Below are positions 10,139 through 21,217 of a stretch of 64,000 bases of DNA, one piece after another. The notes below the pieces were generated by a model. It had not been told where the DNA came from. It was given only the letters and a program-made list of their open reading frames with translations, and ran no database searches. The stretch covers positions 32,001 through 96,000 of the forward strand of contig CAWGJT010000001.1 in the NCBI GenBank assembly GCA_963822965.1, written 5' to 3'. The position numbers and the translations under genes were made by a program. Position 1 is the stretch's first letter; the number at the start of each line of letters is the position of its first letter. Origin of the DNA: an uncultured delta proteobacterium (lineage in GTDB: Bacteria; Myxococcota_A; UBA9160; UBA4427).

Positions 10139-11269
10139 ATGCGAGCCTCGCGCACCCTCGCCGCGTCCGTCGCGCGCGAGATTCTCCAGTACTCGCTCGT
10201 CGCCTTCTTCGCGACGAGCGTCGTGCTCGTCAGCCAGAACCTGCTGCGCCGGATGGACGAGCTCACCGCCGTGGGCTTCACCCTCGCGGATCTCGGCGTC
10301 ATGCTGCGCTGCCTCCTGCCGATGCTCACCGTGTACACGATCCCGATCGCCGTGCTGCTCGGCAGCGTGCTCGCCATCCGCCGGCAGGTCGCCGACTCGG
10401 AGATCCTCGCCATGCGCGCCTGCGGTCTGGGCGCGACGACGCTGCTGGCGCCATGCCTGGCGATCGGCGCCAGCGTCTCCCTGATCTCCGGATGGCTGCT
10501 GATCGGCGTGGAGCACCAGGCGCGCCGCGACCTCATCACCCTGTTCAACACCGTCGCCACGCGCGGCGAGGTCGTGCAGGCGGGCGAGTTTCGCGGGATC
10601 GACCAGCGCGTCATCTACGTCGCCGAGCGAGGAGACGACGGTCTCCTCGGCGGGATCATGATCTCGGACCGGAGCCAGGATCCCCCCTTCCTGGTGTTCG
10701 CGGAGAGCGGCCGGCTGTCCCTCGACTCGGGCGCGGCACGCATCCACCTGCGCCTGGCGCGGGGAGAGATGCACCTCGAGTCGCGGAGACCTCGAGCCCG
10801 ACCGCTACCGACGCGTGCTCTTCGACCACTTCGACTACTCGTTCGACGTCGGCCGGACTGCTGCCCGGAAGAAGCGCGTCCGGTGCGCCCCAAGCAGATG
10901 AGCCTGGCCGAGCTGCACGAGGTCGCGGCCCGGGGCCGAGCCGGCGACCCGCTCCTCGAGCTGAAGAAGCGGGAGCCGGTCCTCTACGAGCTCGAGATCC
11001 AGCGGCGCTTCGCGCTGCCCGTGGCGCCCCTGCTCTTCGCCCTGGCGGCCGTCCCCCTCGCCCTGATGGGCCGGAGCGGATCGCGGTCCTGGGGGCCCGT
11101 GGCGTGCGTGCTGCTGGCCTTCGCGTACTACGCGGTGCTGACCTTCCTGCAGTTCCTTGCGCGGACGCACTGGATCACCCCGGTCCTGGCCTTCTGGATC
11201 CCGAACGCCCTGCTGCTGCTCCTCTCCGTCGAGGGTCTCCGGCGGAGCCGCCTCGGGTTGGGGCCGTGA
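10139..11269 (+). CDS. lptF: LPS export ABC permease LptF/LptG family (apparent compensating frameshifts ~10790-10860)
   Basis: Three N-terminal TMs, LPMLTVYTIPIAVLLG, DSEILAMRACGLG, periplasmic domain, then EIQRRFALP...LAVPLA and AFWIPNALL; short out-of-frame-looking stretch mid-gene. Confidence 0.85.
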   Translation: MRASRTLAASVAREILQYSLVAFFATSVVLVSQNLLRRMDELTAVGFTLADLGVMLRCLLPMLTVYTIPIAVLLGSVLAIRRQVADSEILAMRACGLGATTLLAPCLAIGASVSLISGWLLIGVEHQARRDLITLFNTVATRGEVVQAGEFRGIDQRVIYVAERGDDGLLGGIMISDRSQDPPFLVFAESGRLSLDSGAARIHLRLARGEMHLESRRPRARPLPTRALRPLRLLVRRRPDCCPEEARPVRPKQMSLAELHEVAARGRAGDPLLELKKREPVLYELEIQRRFALPVAPLLFALAAVPLALMGRSGSRSWGPVACVLLAFAYYAVLTFLQFLARTHWITPVLAFWIPNALLLLLSVEGLRRSRLGLGP

Positions 11270-12157
11270 GGGAGCCCCCGGGCTTCCGCCGCCGGGGCGG
11301 CGCGGGCGCGCTCGTCCTCGTCGCCGACGCCTTCGCCGACGAGATCGAAGCGCTCTCGCTGACCGAGACCGGGGGCCTGGCGCGCTGGCTCGAGGACGCG
11401 CGGGCCACCGCGGTCGCCGGCGGCCGGGCGCGGGGCTGGCGCGCGACGCTTCCGTCCGGCCGCGTGGTGCATCTGCGGGAGCTCGCGCACGGAGGCTGGC
11501 TTCGCCCCCTGACGGGCCGGCGCTTCCTCGCCCTCGACGCGCGGCAGGCGCGCCCTCGAGGCCGCCGCAAGGCTACGCGCCCGGGGCCTGGACGTGCCCG
11601 AGCCGGTGCTGCTCCGCGCGGTCCGGCACGGCCCGTTCTGGCACATGGAGCTGGCGACCGGCTTCGTGGAGGCCTGCCTTCCGGCCGGGCGCTTCCTGCT
11701 CACCCAGTCCGACCCCCGGCGTACCCTGGCGGCGGCGCGCGCCGCGGGCCGGGCGGTTCGGGCCTTCCACGACGCGGGCGGCTCCCACCCGGACCTGCAC
11801 GTGGACAACCTGCTCGTCCGCGTGACCCACGAGTCCCCGTCGGTGGTGGTGACCGACCTCGAGGGCGTGCGGGTGGGCGGGCCGCTCTCGCCCGCGAGGC
11901 GAGCCCGGGAGCTGCTGCGGCTCCATCGCTCCCTGCGCAAGCGGCGGCTCCGCGACTCCGTTCGTCGGCGACACGCCGCGGCGTTCCTCGCGGGCTACGT
12001 CTCCAGGGACCGGTCTCTGCTCGCGGCCCTGCTGGCACAGCCCTCTCTGCGCGTCCATCTGGCGCGAGCACCGCGAGAGGACCGCTCGTCCCGCGCGTCC
12101 GAGGGGGAAGACGCGCCGAACGACGGAGGCTCGCCCGAGGAGCTCAGGAACGCGTAG
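11266..12157 (+). CDS. Kdo/WaaP-family LPS kinase (KdkA-like 3-deoxy-D-manno-octulosonate kinase), frameshift near 11545
   Basis: GGRARGW...VHLRELAHGGWLRPL (cf. KdkA GRG...LRHYxRGG), LRARGLDVPEPV, catalytic HPDLHVDNLL, VTDLE, LLRLHRSLRK. Confidence 0.75.
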
Positions 12158-13292
12158 CGCCGCCCACGGCCCGGGCCGGGTCGGCCACTTGCGGCCCGCG
12201 CCGCACACCCGTGTCCGAGGATTCGAGCGCGGCCCGGAATCGCAGCAGCTCGAAGACGTTCTCCGACGTCAGGATGCCCAACAGTCCGCGCGAGTCGGCG
12301 ACCGGCAGCATGCGGCATCCCGGCTCCTCCAGCCGCGCCAGCGCGCGCTCCACCGGCTCGTTGGGACCCACCGCCGGGGGGCCCGGCTGCATGGCGCTCG
12401 CCACGCGGCTCCCGGCGCCGCGCTCGGCCAGACCGGAGACGAGCGCCTCGTGGGTCAGGATGCCCTGGAGCGATCCCCCGGCTACCACGGGGAAGTCCCG
12501 TTGAGAGCCCGCCAGCGTGAGCTGCACCGCCCGGGACAGGGGGTCGTCCGGCGCCACGGCCTGGAAGTCGGTGAGCATCGCATGCGCCACGGGAATGCCC
12601 GCCAGCGCGTGTCGCACCTCCACCATGCCCACCTCGGCACCGGCACCGATCCAGACGAAGAGCGCGATGAAGATCAGGAACGGATTGGCAACCAGGCCGA
12701 CGGCCCCGAAGAGGAGCGCGATGGCCTGGCCGAGACCCGCCGCCACCCGGGTGGCGCGCACGTAGGGCAGTCGGATGGCGAGCAGGGCGCGCAGGGCCCG
12801 GCCCCCGTCCATGGGGAAGGCGGGGATCAGGTTGAACGCGAAGAGCAGGACGTTCACCCACATGAGACGCTCGGCGAAGGAGGCTTCGACCAGGGTCGGT
12901 CCAGCCGCCCCGGTGTGGACGCCGAAGAGCGCGAGGCCGCCGAAGAGCAGCGCGGCGAGCACCACGTTGACCGCGGGACCGGCCATGGCCACCAGCCATT
13001 CCTGCTTCGGGTCTTCGGGCATGCGCTCGAGGCGCGCCACGCCGCCGATGGGGAGCAGGGTGATGTCGCGGGTGCGAATCCCGAAGCGCCGCGCCGTGAG
13101 CGCGTGTCCCAGCTCGTGCAGGACGATGCAGCCGAAGAGCGCCAGCACGAAGGCGATCTCGGCGGCGAAGGCAGCCGGGCTCTTCTGCTGGCTCCAGGCA
13201 CGCAGGGCGAGCCAGAGGATCAGGATGGCGAAGGTGGCGTGCACCTGGACCTCGATCCCGGCGACGCGACCGATCTTCCACGCCCACTTCAT
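12144..13292 (-). CDS. Site-2 protease (M50) with two C-terminal CBS domains
   Basis: MKWAWKIGRVAGIEVQVH, LHELGH zinc motif, LLPIGGVA, AGPAVN, FNLIPAFPMDGGR, then CBS pairs (HAMLTDF...FPVV...GILT; MLPV...GILT). Confidence 0.95.
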   Translation of the reverse strand: MKWAWKIGRVAGIEVQVHATFAILILWLALRAWSQQKSPAAFAAEIAFVLALFGCIVLHELGHALTARRFGIRTRDITLLPIGGVARLERMPEDPKQEWLVAMAGPAVNVVLAALLFGGLALFGVHTGAAGPTLVEASFAERLMWVNVLLFAFNLIPAFPMDGGRALRALLAIRLPYVRATRVAAGLGQAIALLFGAVGLVANPFLIFIALFVWIGAGAEVGMVEVRHALAGIPVAHAMLTDFQAVAPDDPLSRAVQLTLAGSQRDFPVVAGGSLQGILTHEALVSGLAERGAGSRVASAMQPGPPAVGPNEPVERALARLEEPGCRMLPVADSRGLLGILTSENVFELLRFRAALESSDTGVRRGPQVADPARAVGGATRS

Positions 13293-13542
13293 GGGAGCAC
13301 CTCGATGGCAGCCGCGGCTGCACCCGGTCGGATGGTACGCGGCCCGCGACCGGTCGGTCCTGCTCGCGCCGTCGCCACCGTGCATTGCACCGTGGAATGC
13401 GGAACTCTACCGGGGTTCGATTCCGGGATCACTGGGGCGGGCCGACCCCCATGCGGGGCGATCGGCCCCGAGCGCGCAGCGCGGAGGCGGCAAGGAGACC
13501 GCGCGGTGCCCCTGGCCTCGAGCCTGGAAGCGCGACGAGAAA

Positions 13543-13557
13543 CGGCACGCGGCTTGC
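13543..13557 (+). promoter_or_regulatory. Putative sigma54 (-24/-12) promoter
   Basis: CGGCACGCGGCTTGC = GG-N10-GC, close to TGGCACG-N4-TTGC, ~80 nt upstream of the CxxCH gene. Confidence 0.6.
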
Positions 13558-13637
13558 GTTCCGCAGCTGGAAAAGGGGGGGTGTTCCGTGCATCTGGACG
13601 ACGAGAGGGACGAGACCTGCCTTGCGGCGGTGACCCC

Positions 13638-14904
13638 GTGACGCGTGGCGGCACGCGCGCAGGCGGCAGAGGAACGGGAGCCCGAGGTTGGCCGGCGGCC
13701 GCGGTGCTGCTCGCTTCACTCGTGTCGGTCGCGGCGGGACCCGTCGGGGCCACGGCCGAGAAGGCTTCCGGCGCGAAGGCGCCGGCCGAGAAGCCTTCCG
13801 CAGCCACGGCACCCGCGGAGGAGCAGCCGCGGGCCACGATGGATCGGGTCTTCGCGGCGCTCCGGGTGCTGCTGCCCCTCAGCCTCGACCCCAAGCGCTT
13901 CTCGAGCAAGGAAGAGCAGGCCGTCATCGCCGCGCAGATCGAGGCCCTGGCCGGAGCGGCCCACGCCCTCGAGAGCCACGGCGCGAACCGCGACCGCGGC
14001 TTCCGCTTCCTCAGCGGATCGCTGGCTTCGGACGTCGAGGAGATCCGGCAGCGCTACCGCTTCGGACGCCTGGAGGAGGCGCGCTTCTTCGTCCTCGAAG
14101 CCACACGAAACTGCGTCGCCTGCCACTCGCGCCTGCCCAGCGCGAAGGACTTCCCGTTGGGGTCGAAGCTGCTCGAGAACATCGACATGGAGTCGCTGTC
14201 GAGCCACGAGCGGAGCCAGCTCTACGTCGCGACGAGACAGTTCGACAAGGCGTTCGAGAGCTGGGAGAGCCTGTTCGCCGACGATTCGATCGTGTCGGCG
14301 TCGCAGCTCGACGTCGGCGGCTACCTCAACGACTACCTCGCGATCGCCATCCGCGTGAAGGGCGACTACGGCCGGGCCCGCCGGGCCATCGAGGTGGTCC
14401 GGGCGCGCAAGGACGTGCCGGACTATCTGAAGCCCCAGCTCGACGCGCTGGGTGCGGGATCTCGCCCGCTTCGAGCGCAAGCCCCCGGGTGGAAGGACCT
14501 GACCACCGCCCGGGAGCTGGCGGATCAGAAGTCCGACGGGCGACGTGGAGGGCGACGCCCTCTCCGCCACGATCACCGACCTGGTGGCGTCCTCGCTGCT
14601 GCTCCGCTTCATCGACGAGATGGGTGGCGCGCCCGGCCACGATGCCCAGCTCGCGGAGGCCTACTACTGGCTCGGCAAGGTGGAGTCGCGCAGCGCCGAC
14701 TCCTTCTGGGTTCCCCAGGCCCCGTTCCACCTGGAGATCGCGATCCGGCTGGACCCGAAGGGCCCCCATGCCGAGGAGGCGCTTCGCCTGCTCGAGGAGC
14801 AGATGGCCTTCGGCTACGGCGGGATCGAGTCCGACGTGCTGCCGGTCGACCTGTGGACCAACCTCGAGGAGCTGCGGGCGCTGGTCGAGACCGGCGGCTC
14901 CTGA
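13638..14904 (+). CDS. Exported mono-heme c-type cytochrome-like protein with helical/TPR-like C-terminal region, frameshifts near 14450 and 14540
   Basis: Signal-like [21 protein letters not shown], Ala/Pro linker, helical domain ending NCVACHSR (CxxCH at 14112-14126), C-terminal [12 protein letters not shown]...[18 protein letters not shown] (TPR-like). Start uncertain. Confidence 0.6.
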
Positions 14905-14927
14905 AGCGGGCCGGACGGAGGCCCGTT

Positions 14928-16019
14928 TCAGGCGAGCCGCGCCTCGAGCCAGTCCAGCAGCGCGTGCTCGGCCTCGACCACGAGGTCGATGCCGAGCACG
15001 CGCAGGTCGATGCGCCGCGTCCAGCCGGGCCGGATCTTGACGGCGTCCTTCTCGCGTGGTGACCCAGACCGCCGCCTCGCGATGCAGATCGCGCAGGTCG
15101 CGCGCCCGATAGCGGTGGTGGTCGGCGAAGGTGCGCCGGGCGACCACCGTGGCGCCCTGCTCCTCCAGGCTGCGGCGGAAGGCCTCGGGTCGGGCCGAGG
15201 CCGGCCAGCATGCCGACGCGCATGCCCGCGAGCGCGCTGGCGGGCTCGCTGCGCGCCGGGGCTCCCGCGTGCGGCCGCCACGGACCGATCGCAGCCGCCA
15301 GGGGCCGGCGGCGCGCGGCGAAGCGGAAGGGTTGGATGGCGTGGCGCTCGAGCAGCGCGAGGTCGCGCTCGCGCAGGGGTCCGTCCACGACGGCCACGGC
15401 GTGCGCCCGGGCCAGGGCCGCCGGCGAGCCTCGCGCAGCGGACCCCGGGGCAGCACGCGAGCGTTTCCGAACCCGAACTCCCCGTCGAAGGTCACGATGT
15501 CGACGTCCCGGGCCAGCCGATGGTGCTGGAAGCCGTCGTCGAGCACGAGCACCTCGGCGCCGAATGCGGAGACCGCGCGCAGTCCCGACGACCCCGCGAT
15601 CGCGTCCCACCAGCACCGGGACGCCGGGTGCGTGGGCCGCCAGCACCAGCGCCTCGTCCCCCATTCCCAGCACGTCCCCGGTGACCCGCCGTCCGTCCGA
15701 GAGCACGTGGACCGCATCCCGGCGGATGCGCCGGTAGCCCCGCGTCGCCAACACCACGCGATGTCCCCGCGCGTGCAGGCGAGCCGCCAGCCAGGCCGCC
15801 AGGGGCGTCTTGCCGGCCCCGCCCACGACGAGGCTTCCCACGGAGACGACGCGGCAGGGCAGACGGCGCGGGTGGATCCAGCCGCCGGCGTAGATCCCCC
15901 GGTGCAGACGCGCGGCGAGCGCGTAGCCGTGGGAGGCGAGGCCGAGGGGCAGGAGCAGCGCCCGCTGCAGGGCGCTTCCGTCACTCGGGGTCGCAGGCCG
16001 CGAGCCAGGGTGCCTCCAC
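14928..16019 (-). CDS. lpxK: Tetraacyldisaccharide 4'-kinase, multiple frameshifts
   Basis: [75 protein letters not shown] across frames. Confidence 0.92.
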
Positions 16020-16022
16020 CGG

Positions 16023-17328
16023 TCAGGCGCCCGGATCCCCGGAGCCCGGGCGTCCCGCCGGCAGGGCCGTCCGTCCGCGCCGGTCGAGCACGGCGTCGAT
16101 CAGCTGGGCGGTGCGACGTGCGGTGCCGCGGTGCGCGGCGAGCGCCTGCTGCCCCTGGGTGACGCGTGCGCGCCGGCTCTCCGGATCGCGCAGGGCCCCG
16201 ACGATCGCCGACGGCGAGGCCTTCCGCGTCGGCCACGCGCACGCCCGCGCCGCTGCTCTCCGCGAGCTCCGCGTGGACGCGCACGTTGTGGACGTGGGGA
16301 CCGAACACGACCGGGCAGCCCGCGAAGATCGGCTCGATCAGGTTGTGCCCGCCCACCGCGCCCAGGCTACCGCCCACGAACGCCACGGACGCCGTGGCGT
16401 AGACCGCCGAGAGCTCGCCCAGGGTGTCCAGCAGCAGGATCTCCCCGCTCTCGAGGGGCGGTCCCTCGAGCCGACTGCGACGTCGCACGCGGCGGCCGGC
16501 GGCGCGAAACTCCCGCTCGAGCTGGTCGGCCCGTTGCAGGTGCCGCGGTGCGATCACGAGGCTGGCGGCCAGACCCGCCTGCTCGCACGCAGACAGCGCG
16601 GCGACCGCGGGCTCCTCCTCGCCCGGGTGGGTGCTGCCGGCGACGATCACCGGCACCTCGGAGAGGGCGCGCACGAGATCGGTGGCCAGGCTGGCGACGC
16701 CCTCGGGCGGCTCCAGCTTGAGGTCGCCCGTCACCGAGACCCGCTCCTCGGCCACGCCGAGCTCGACGAAGCGCGCGGCGTCCAGGTCGCTGCGCGCGCC
16801 CACGGCGTCGAGGCGCCGCAGGGTGGGCGCCAGCAGCCGCTGCAGCCGCCGGTAGCGGGGAAACGAGCGGTCCGAGAGCCGCCCCGAGACGATCACCACC
16901 GGGATGCCCCGGCGGCGGGCGGCGGCGATCCACGAGGGCCAGAGCTCCGTCTCGACCAGCGCCAGCAGCTCGGGCTCGACCCGCGACGAGGGCCGATTCG
17001 ACGCACCAGGGATGGTCGAGCGGGCGCCAGCGACGACGGCAGCTCGGGCATCGCGGCGCGCATCATCTGGCGACCCGTCGGCGTGGACGCCGAGGCGAAG
17101 ACCGTGCGTCCCGACGCGCGCAGGGAATCGACCAGGCGCAGTGCGGCCAGCGCCTCGCCGACGCTGGAGCCGTGGACCCAGACGCGTCCCGGGCTGGGCG
17201 GGCGGCAGCAGCCCCAGGCGCTGGCGCAGGCCGACTCGCAGGTCGCGACGCAGCGCCATCGCCCCCAGCAGCAGCGGCGCCGCCGTCACCGCGGACAGGG
17301 CCGCCAGGCTATGTGCGAGCGCTCGCAA
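16023..17328 (-). CDS. waaA: Kdo transferase, multiple frameshifts
   Basis: WVHGSSVGE (off-frame), [75 protein letters not shown]. Confidence 0.93.
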
Positions 17329-18501
17329 TCATCTCCTCCGCGATGCGGCAGGCCCGGTCGACCGCGCCAGCCGGGCCCAGGGCCGCGCGCACCTCGGCCA
17401 GGCGCGCCAGCTGGGTCTCCCGAGCGGGACCCTCCAGCAGCGACGTCGACGGCCGCGGCGAGCCGGGAGGGTACGGCATCGCCCTGGAGAAACTCGGGCA
17501 CCACGGCCTCGCCGGCAATCAGGTTGGGCATGGTGAGCGAGGAGACCCGGAGCGCACGCCGCAGGATCCAGGCCGTGAGCGCGTTGGCCCGGCCCATCAC
17601 GACCATCGGCCGGCCCAGCAGGGCACACTCGAGGGTGACGGTGCCCGGCTTCGCGAGCACCACGTCCGCGGCGACGATCGTCTCCCTCGCGCCGCCCTCG
17701 CAGAGTCGCAGGGGCAGTCCCTCCGCCACCCGGCGCGCGCAGGTCGCGTGCAGACGATCCGTCGCCCTCGCGGCGTCGTCCCCCGCGGCCAGGGAGGGCG
17801 CGACCCCCAGCAGGAAGCGCATCCCCGGGTCCGCCCGCGCCAGCAGCACGTGCCGTCTCGAGCTGGACGTCCAGGTGGGCCGCGATCTCGTTGCGCCGGC
17901 TGCCCGGGCAGCAGGGCCACCACCGGGGCGTCCGGATCGATGCCCAGCGCCCGGCGCGCCGCGTCCCGCTCGGCCGGCCCCGCCGGCGCCGGCAGCGCGT
18001 CGACGAGCGGATGGCCGACGAAGTCGACCGGTCACGCCGCTGCCGCGATAGACGTCGGGCTCGAAGGGGAAGAGCACCGCCAGGCGGTCGACGCGCGCTG
18101 CGATCTTGCGGATGCGCCCCGGGACGCCAGGCCCACACCTGGGGCGCCACGTAGTACAGGACGGGCGCTCCCAGGCGCCGCCGGACCCGGCGTGCCAGCG
18201 GCAGGTTGAAGCCCGCCGAGTCGACCAGCACCACCAGGTCCGGGCGCTCGCGCTCCAGCGCGCGGGCGACCGCGCGCCAGGCCCGGGCCAGCCGGCGCGG
18301 CGCTGCCCAGCAGCTCGAGCAAGCCGCCCACGGCCAGGTCGCGCTGGTCGGCCACCAGCTCCACGCCGGCGGCCTCGCATGGCCGGACCGCCGAGGCCGA
18401 CGAATCGGGTGCCGGGATTCCGTCGCCGGTAGGTGGTCGGCGAAGTCCGCGGCGTGGAGGTCGCCGGAGGCGTCTCCGGCCGACACCAGCAGCGTGGCCA
18501 C
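17309..18501 (-). CDS. lpxB: Lipid-A-disaccharide synthase, multiple frameshifts
   Basis: [90 protein letters not shown]. Confidence 0.93.
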
Positions 18502-18508
18502 GGCTCCA

Positions 18509-19497
18509 TCACAGCTCTTGGAAGGGAAGCATCGCGTCGACCACCCGCACCGCGGTGCGCAGGGCGTCGAGCCCGCCCACTCCGTCGACCTTCGGTCGCT
18601 CGCGGGTGCGGACCGCCCGGATGAAGGCGCGCAGCTGGGACAGCAGCGCGTCGGCCGCGGTTCACGGTCAGCTCCTCCATGAGGATCTGCGGCGGCTCGC
18701 CGTCCGGCTGGTGTCGGCGGAACACGGTCGCCGACTGCGCGAGGAAGTCGATGGCCACACAGCCGTCGCGCTGGAAGAAGCGCAGCTTGCGCTGCGGGGC
18801 GTTCGAGATCCGGCTGGCGGTGAGGTTCGCCACGCAGCCGCTCGGGAACGTCAATCGGGCGTTGGCGATGTCGATGTTCCGCGTGAGCACGGGGATGCCC
18901 ACCGCCTCGATGCGCTCGGGCTGCTCGCCCAGGATCTGCTGCAGGATGTCGAGGTCGTGGATCATCAGGTCGCGCACCACGTCGATGTCCGTCGCGCGGT
19001 CCGAGAAGGGGCCCATGCGGTGGGCCTCGACGAAGCGCGGCTTGCGGATGCGCCCGCCGATGCACTCGAGCGCGGAGTTGAACCACTCGAGATGCCCCAC
19101 CTGCAGCACGCGCCCGCCGGCGTCGGCGAGGGCCAGCAGCTTCTCGGCCTCGCGCAGGTTGGCGGCGATCGGCTTCTCGACGAGCACGTCGAGGCCCGCC
19201 TCGAGCGCCTCGCTGACCACCGCGTAGTGGCTCTCGGTGGGCACGGCGACGATCACCGCGCCCGGCGCGCGGCCGCGGGAAGGGAGCGTCCGGGTCCCCG
19301 CCCGACCAGAGGGACCGCAGCTCGGTGTGGGCGGTGGAGCCGACCTTCGAGGCGAGCTCCTCCGCGCGGCCGCGGTCGAGGTCCACGATCCCGGCGACCT
19401 CGACCCCGGCCCCGTCGTCGCGCAGGGCAGCGACCTTCTCCGCGTGCAGCCGGCCCATGTGTCCGGCGCCGACCACTCCGATCCGGAGCTGTCTCAA
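18509..19497 (-). CDS. Gfo/Idh/MocA oxidoreductase, GnnA-like UDP-GlcNAc 3-dehydrogenase, frameshifts near 19260 and 18660
   Basis: IGVVGAGHMGRLHA, IVAVPTESH, VLVEKPIA, VGHLEWFN, HRMGPFSDRATDIDVVRDLMIHDLD, DIANARLTF..GCVANLTASRIS; position between lpxI and lpxB matches gnnA. Confidence 0.85.
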
Positions 19498-20430
19498 TCC
19501 GCTTCTCCGTCGACTTCACGGGGGACCGCCCAGCCGGCCCCGAGCGTGCCCTGCGCTGCGCCCTGCCCGTCTGCCCTCCCCGGCCGGGGACCCGCTTCCG
19601 GGATTCCGACCAGGGCGATGCCCACCTGGTTCGCGTGCCTTACGAGCGCCTCTGCGATCGAGGACCAGGGTTCGACGGGCCTCGACCGCCAGAACCTGCG
19701 CACCGGCCTCGGCGGCAGCTGCCAGGGTCGCCGGGCCGATGGTCGGAAGATCGAAACGCGGGTCCTGCTCGGGTCGTGCGACCTTGACGATACAGAGCCC
19801 GGGCCGTCCGAGCCGCCCGCCCCTTCGAATCGTTTCGTCCGTCCCCTCGATCGACTCGACCGCCAGCACGGTCCGGTCCTGGACGACGACGGTCTGGCCG
19901 ATGTCCCAGGCAGCCAGGGCGCGCGCGATGGGCCAGCCGAAGGACAGATCGCCCCACTGACTCGGGGTGGGATGCACCCGCCCGAGGACGCCTTCCGGCG
20001 CCAGCAGCTCGGGGACCCACTCGGCCTGGGGCCGCAGCGCGGAACCCCTCCGCCTCGAGGGCGCCCGCGAGCGCCCCCAGCACGCTGGCGTCGCGCAGGT
20101 CGGGGAGGCCCGCCAGAAGATCTCGCGCGCCCGCGCGTCGAGCTCCAGGCGCCCGGAGAGCAGCTGCTGCTTGGAACCTTGCCGGCCATCACCGCGTCGC
20201 GTACGCCGGCACGGTGCAGGAAGGCGAGCGCGGCGCCGACCTGCCCCGGGCCCAGCCACTCGACGTGCGCCACCCCGTCCGCGAGCGCCGGATCGGTGAT
20301 CCCGGGAAACGCCACCGCCACCAGCTCCCGGCCCGGCCGCCCGGGCGCAGCGGGCGATGTGGACGGGAAGCGCCCCGTCGCCGGCGATCAGCCCGAGGGG
20401 CTGCGCGGGGCTCGCAGCACGCGTCCCCAT
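19494..20430 (-). CDS. lpxI: UDP-2,3-diacylglucosamine pyrophosphatase LpxI, frameshifts
   Basis: LGLIAGDGALP, AVMAGKV, DIGQTVVV, LAVESIEGTDETIRRGG, VKVARPEQDPRFDLPTIGP, LAVEA; follows lpxA. Confidence 0.93.
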
Positions 20431-20434
20431 CGAC

Positions 20435-21217
20435 CTAGCGGCAGAAGCCGCGTTCGGAGCTCTCGAGGAAGCAGACGAGGCGCACCACCTCGGGCGAGCT
20501 TCCCAGCTCCTCACGCACGCGCCGCAGCGCGGCGTCGAGCCGCAGCTTGGAGTGGAAGACGATGTGGAAGGCGTGCTTGACGCTGCGCACGGCTTCCTCG
20601 GAGAAGTTGCGACGCTTGAGCCCGACGTGGTTCACCCCGACGAGGCGGGCGCGATCGCCGGCCACCATCGAGAAGGGCGGAGCGTCCTGGGAGAGCTTCG
20701 CGTTGGAGGCCGCCATCACCGACTCCCCCACCCGGGCGTGCTGGTGGACGCCGGTGTAGGCGCCGAGGACCGCGTGATCCTCGACCCGCACGTGACCGGC
20801 GAGGCCGCAGAAGCTCGCGACGATGCAGTGCGAGCCGATCTGGCAGTCGTGGCCCGATGTGGGCCGTGTTCATGATGAAGTTGTCGTCGCCGATGCGCGT
20901 GCAGCCGCCGCCGTCCGGCGAGCCGGTGTGGATCGTGGCGTGCTCGCGGATCACGTTGTCGCAGCCGATCTCGAGCCGGGTCGCGCCTCCCGACAGACCC
21001 TTGATCTGGGGCTCGCCGCCGAGGCAGGCGTACGGGAAAGATCGCGGGTCCGGGCGCCGATCCGCGTGTGGCCGACCACCGTGGCGTGCGCGTCGATCCG
21101 CACGCCGGCGCCCAGCTCCACGTGCGGCCCGACGACCGCCAGGGGCCCGATCTCCACGTCGTCGGCGAGGACGGCACCCGCTTCGACGATCGCCGTCGGA
21201 TGGATGCGGGGGGGCAT
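20435..21217 (-). CDS. lpxA: Acyl-ACP--UDP-GlcNAc O-acyltransferase, frameshifts near 21040 and 20855
   Basis: IHPTAIVEAGAVL hexapeptide repeats, IREHATIHTGS, TRIGDDNFIMNTAHI, GVHQHARVG, QDAPPFSMVAG, GVNHVGLKRRNF, SERGFCR. Confidence 0.95.

Noticed and set aside
12144..12157. Functional antisense overlap of the convergent kinase and protease 3' ends
   Set aside because: 14-nt overlap of low-complexity tails, common in high-GC genomes and possibly affected by indel errors.
13405..13430. GGTTCGATTCC resembling a tRNA T-loop or integration-site remnant
   Set aside because: Flanking stem pairs at only 3 of 5 positions; no acceptor, D or anticodon arms, no CCA and no integrase nearby.
13575..13581. 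G7 tract as a phase-variation switch upstream of the CxxCH gene
   Set aside because: Short tract in a very GC-rich, error-prone sequence, lying in the presumed 5' UTR; no supporting evidence.
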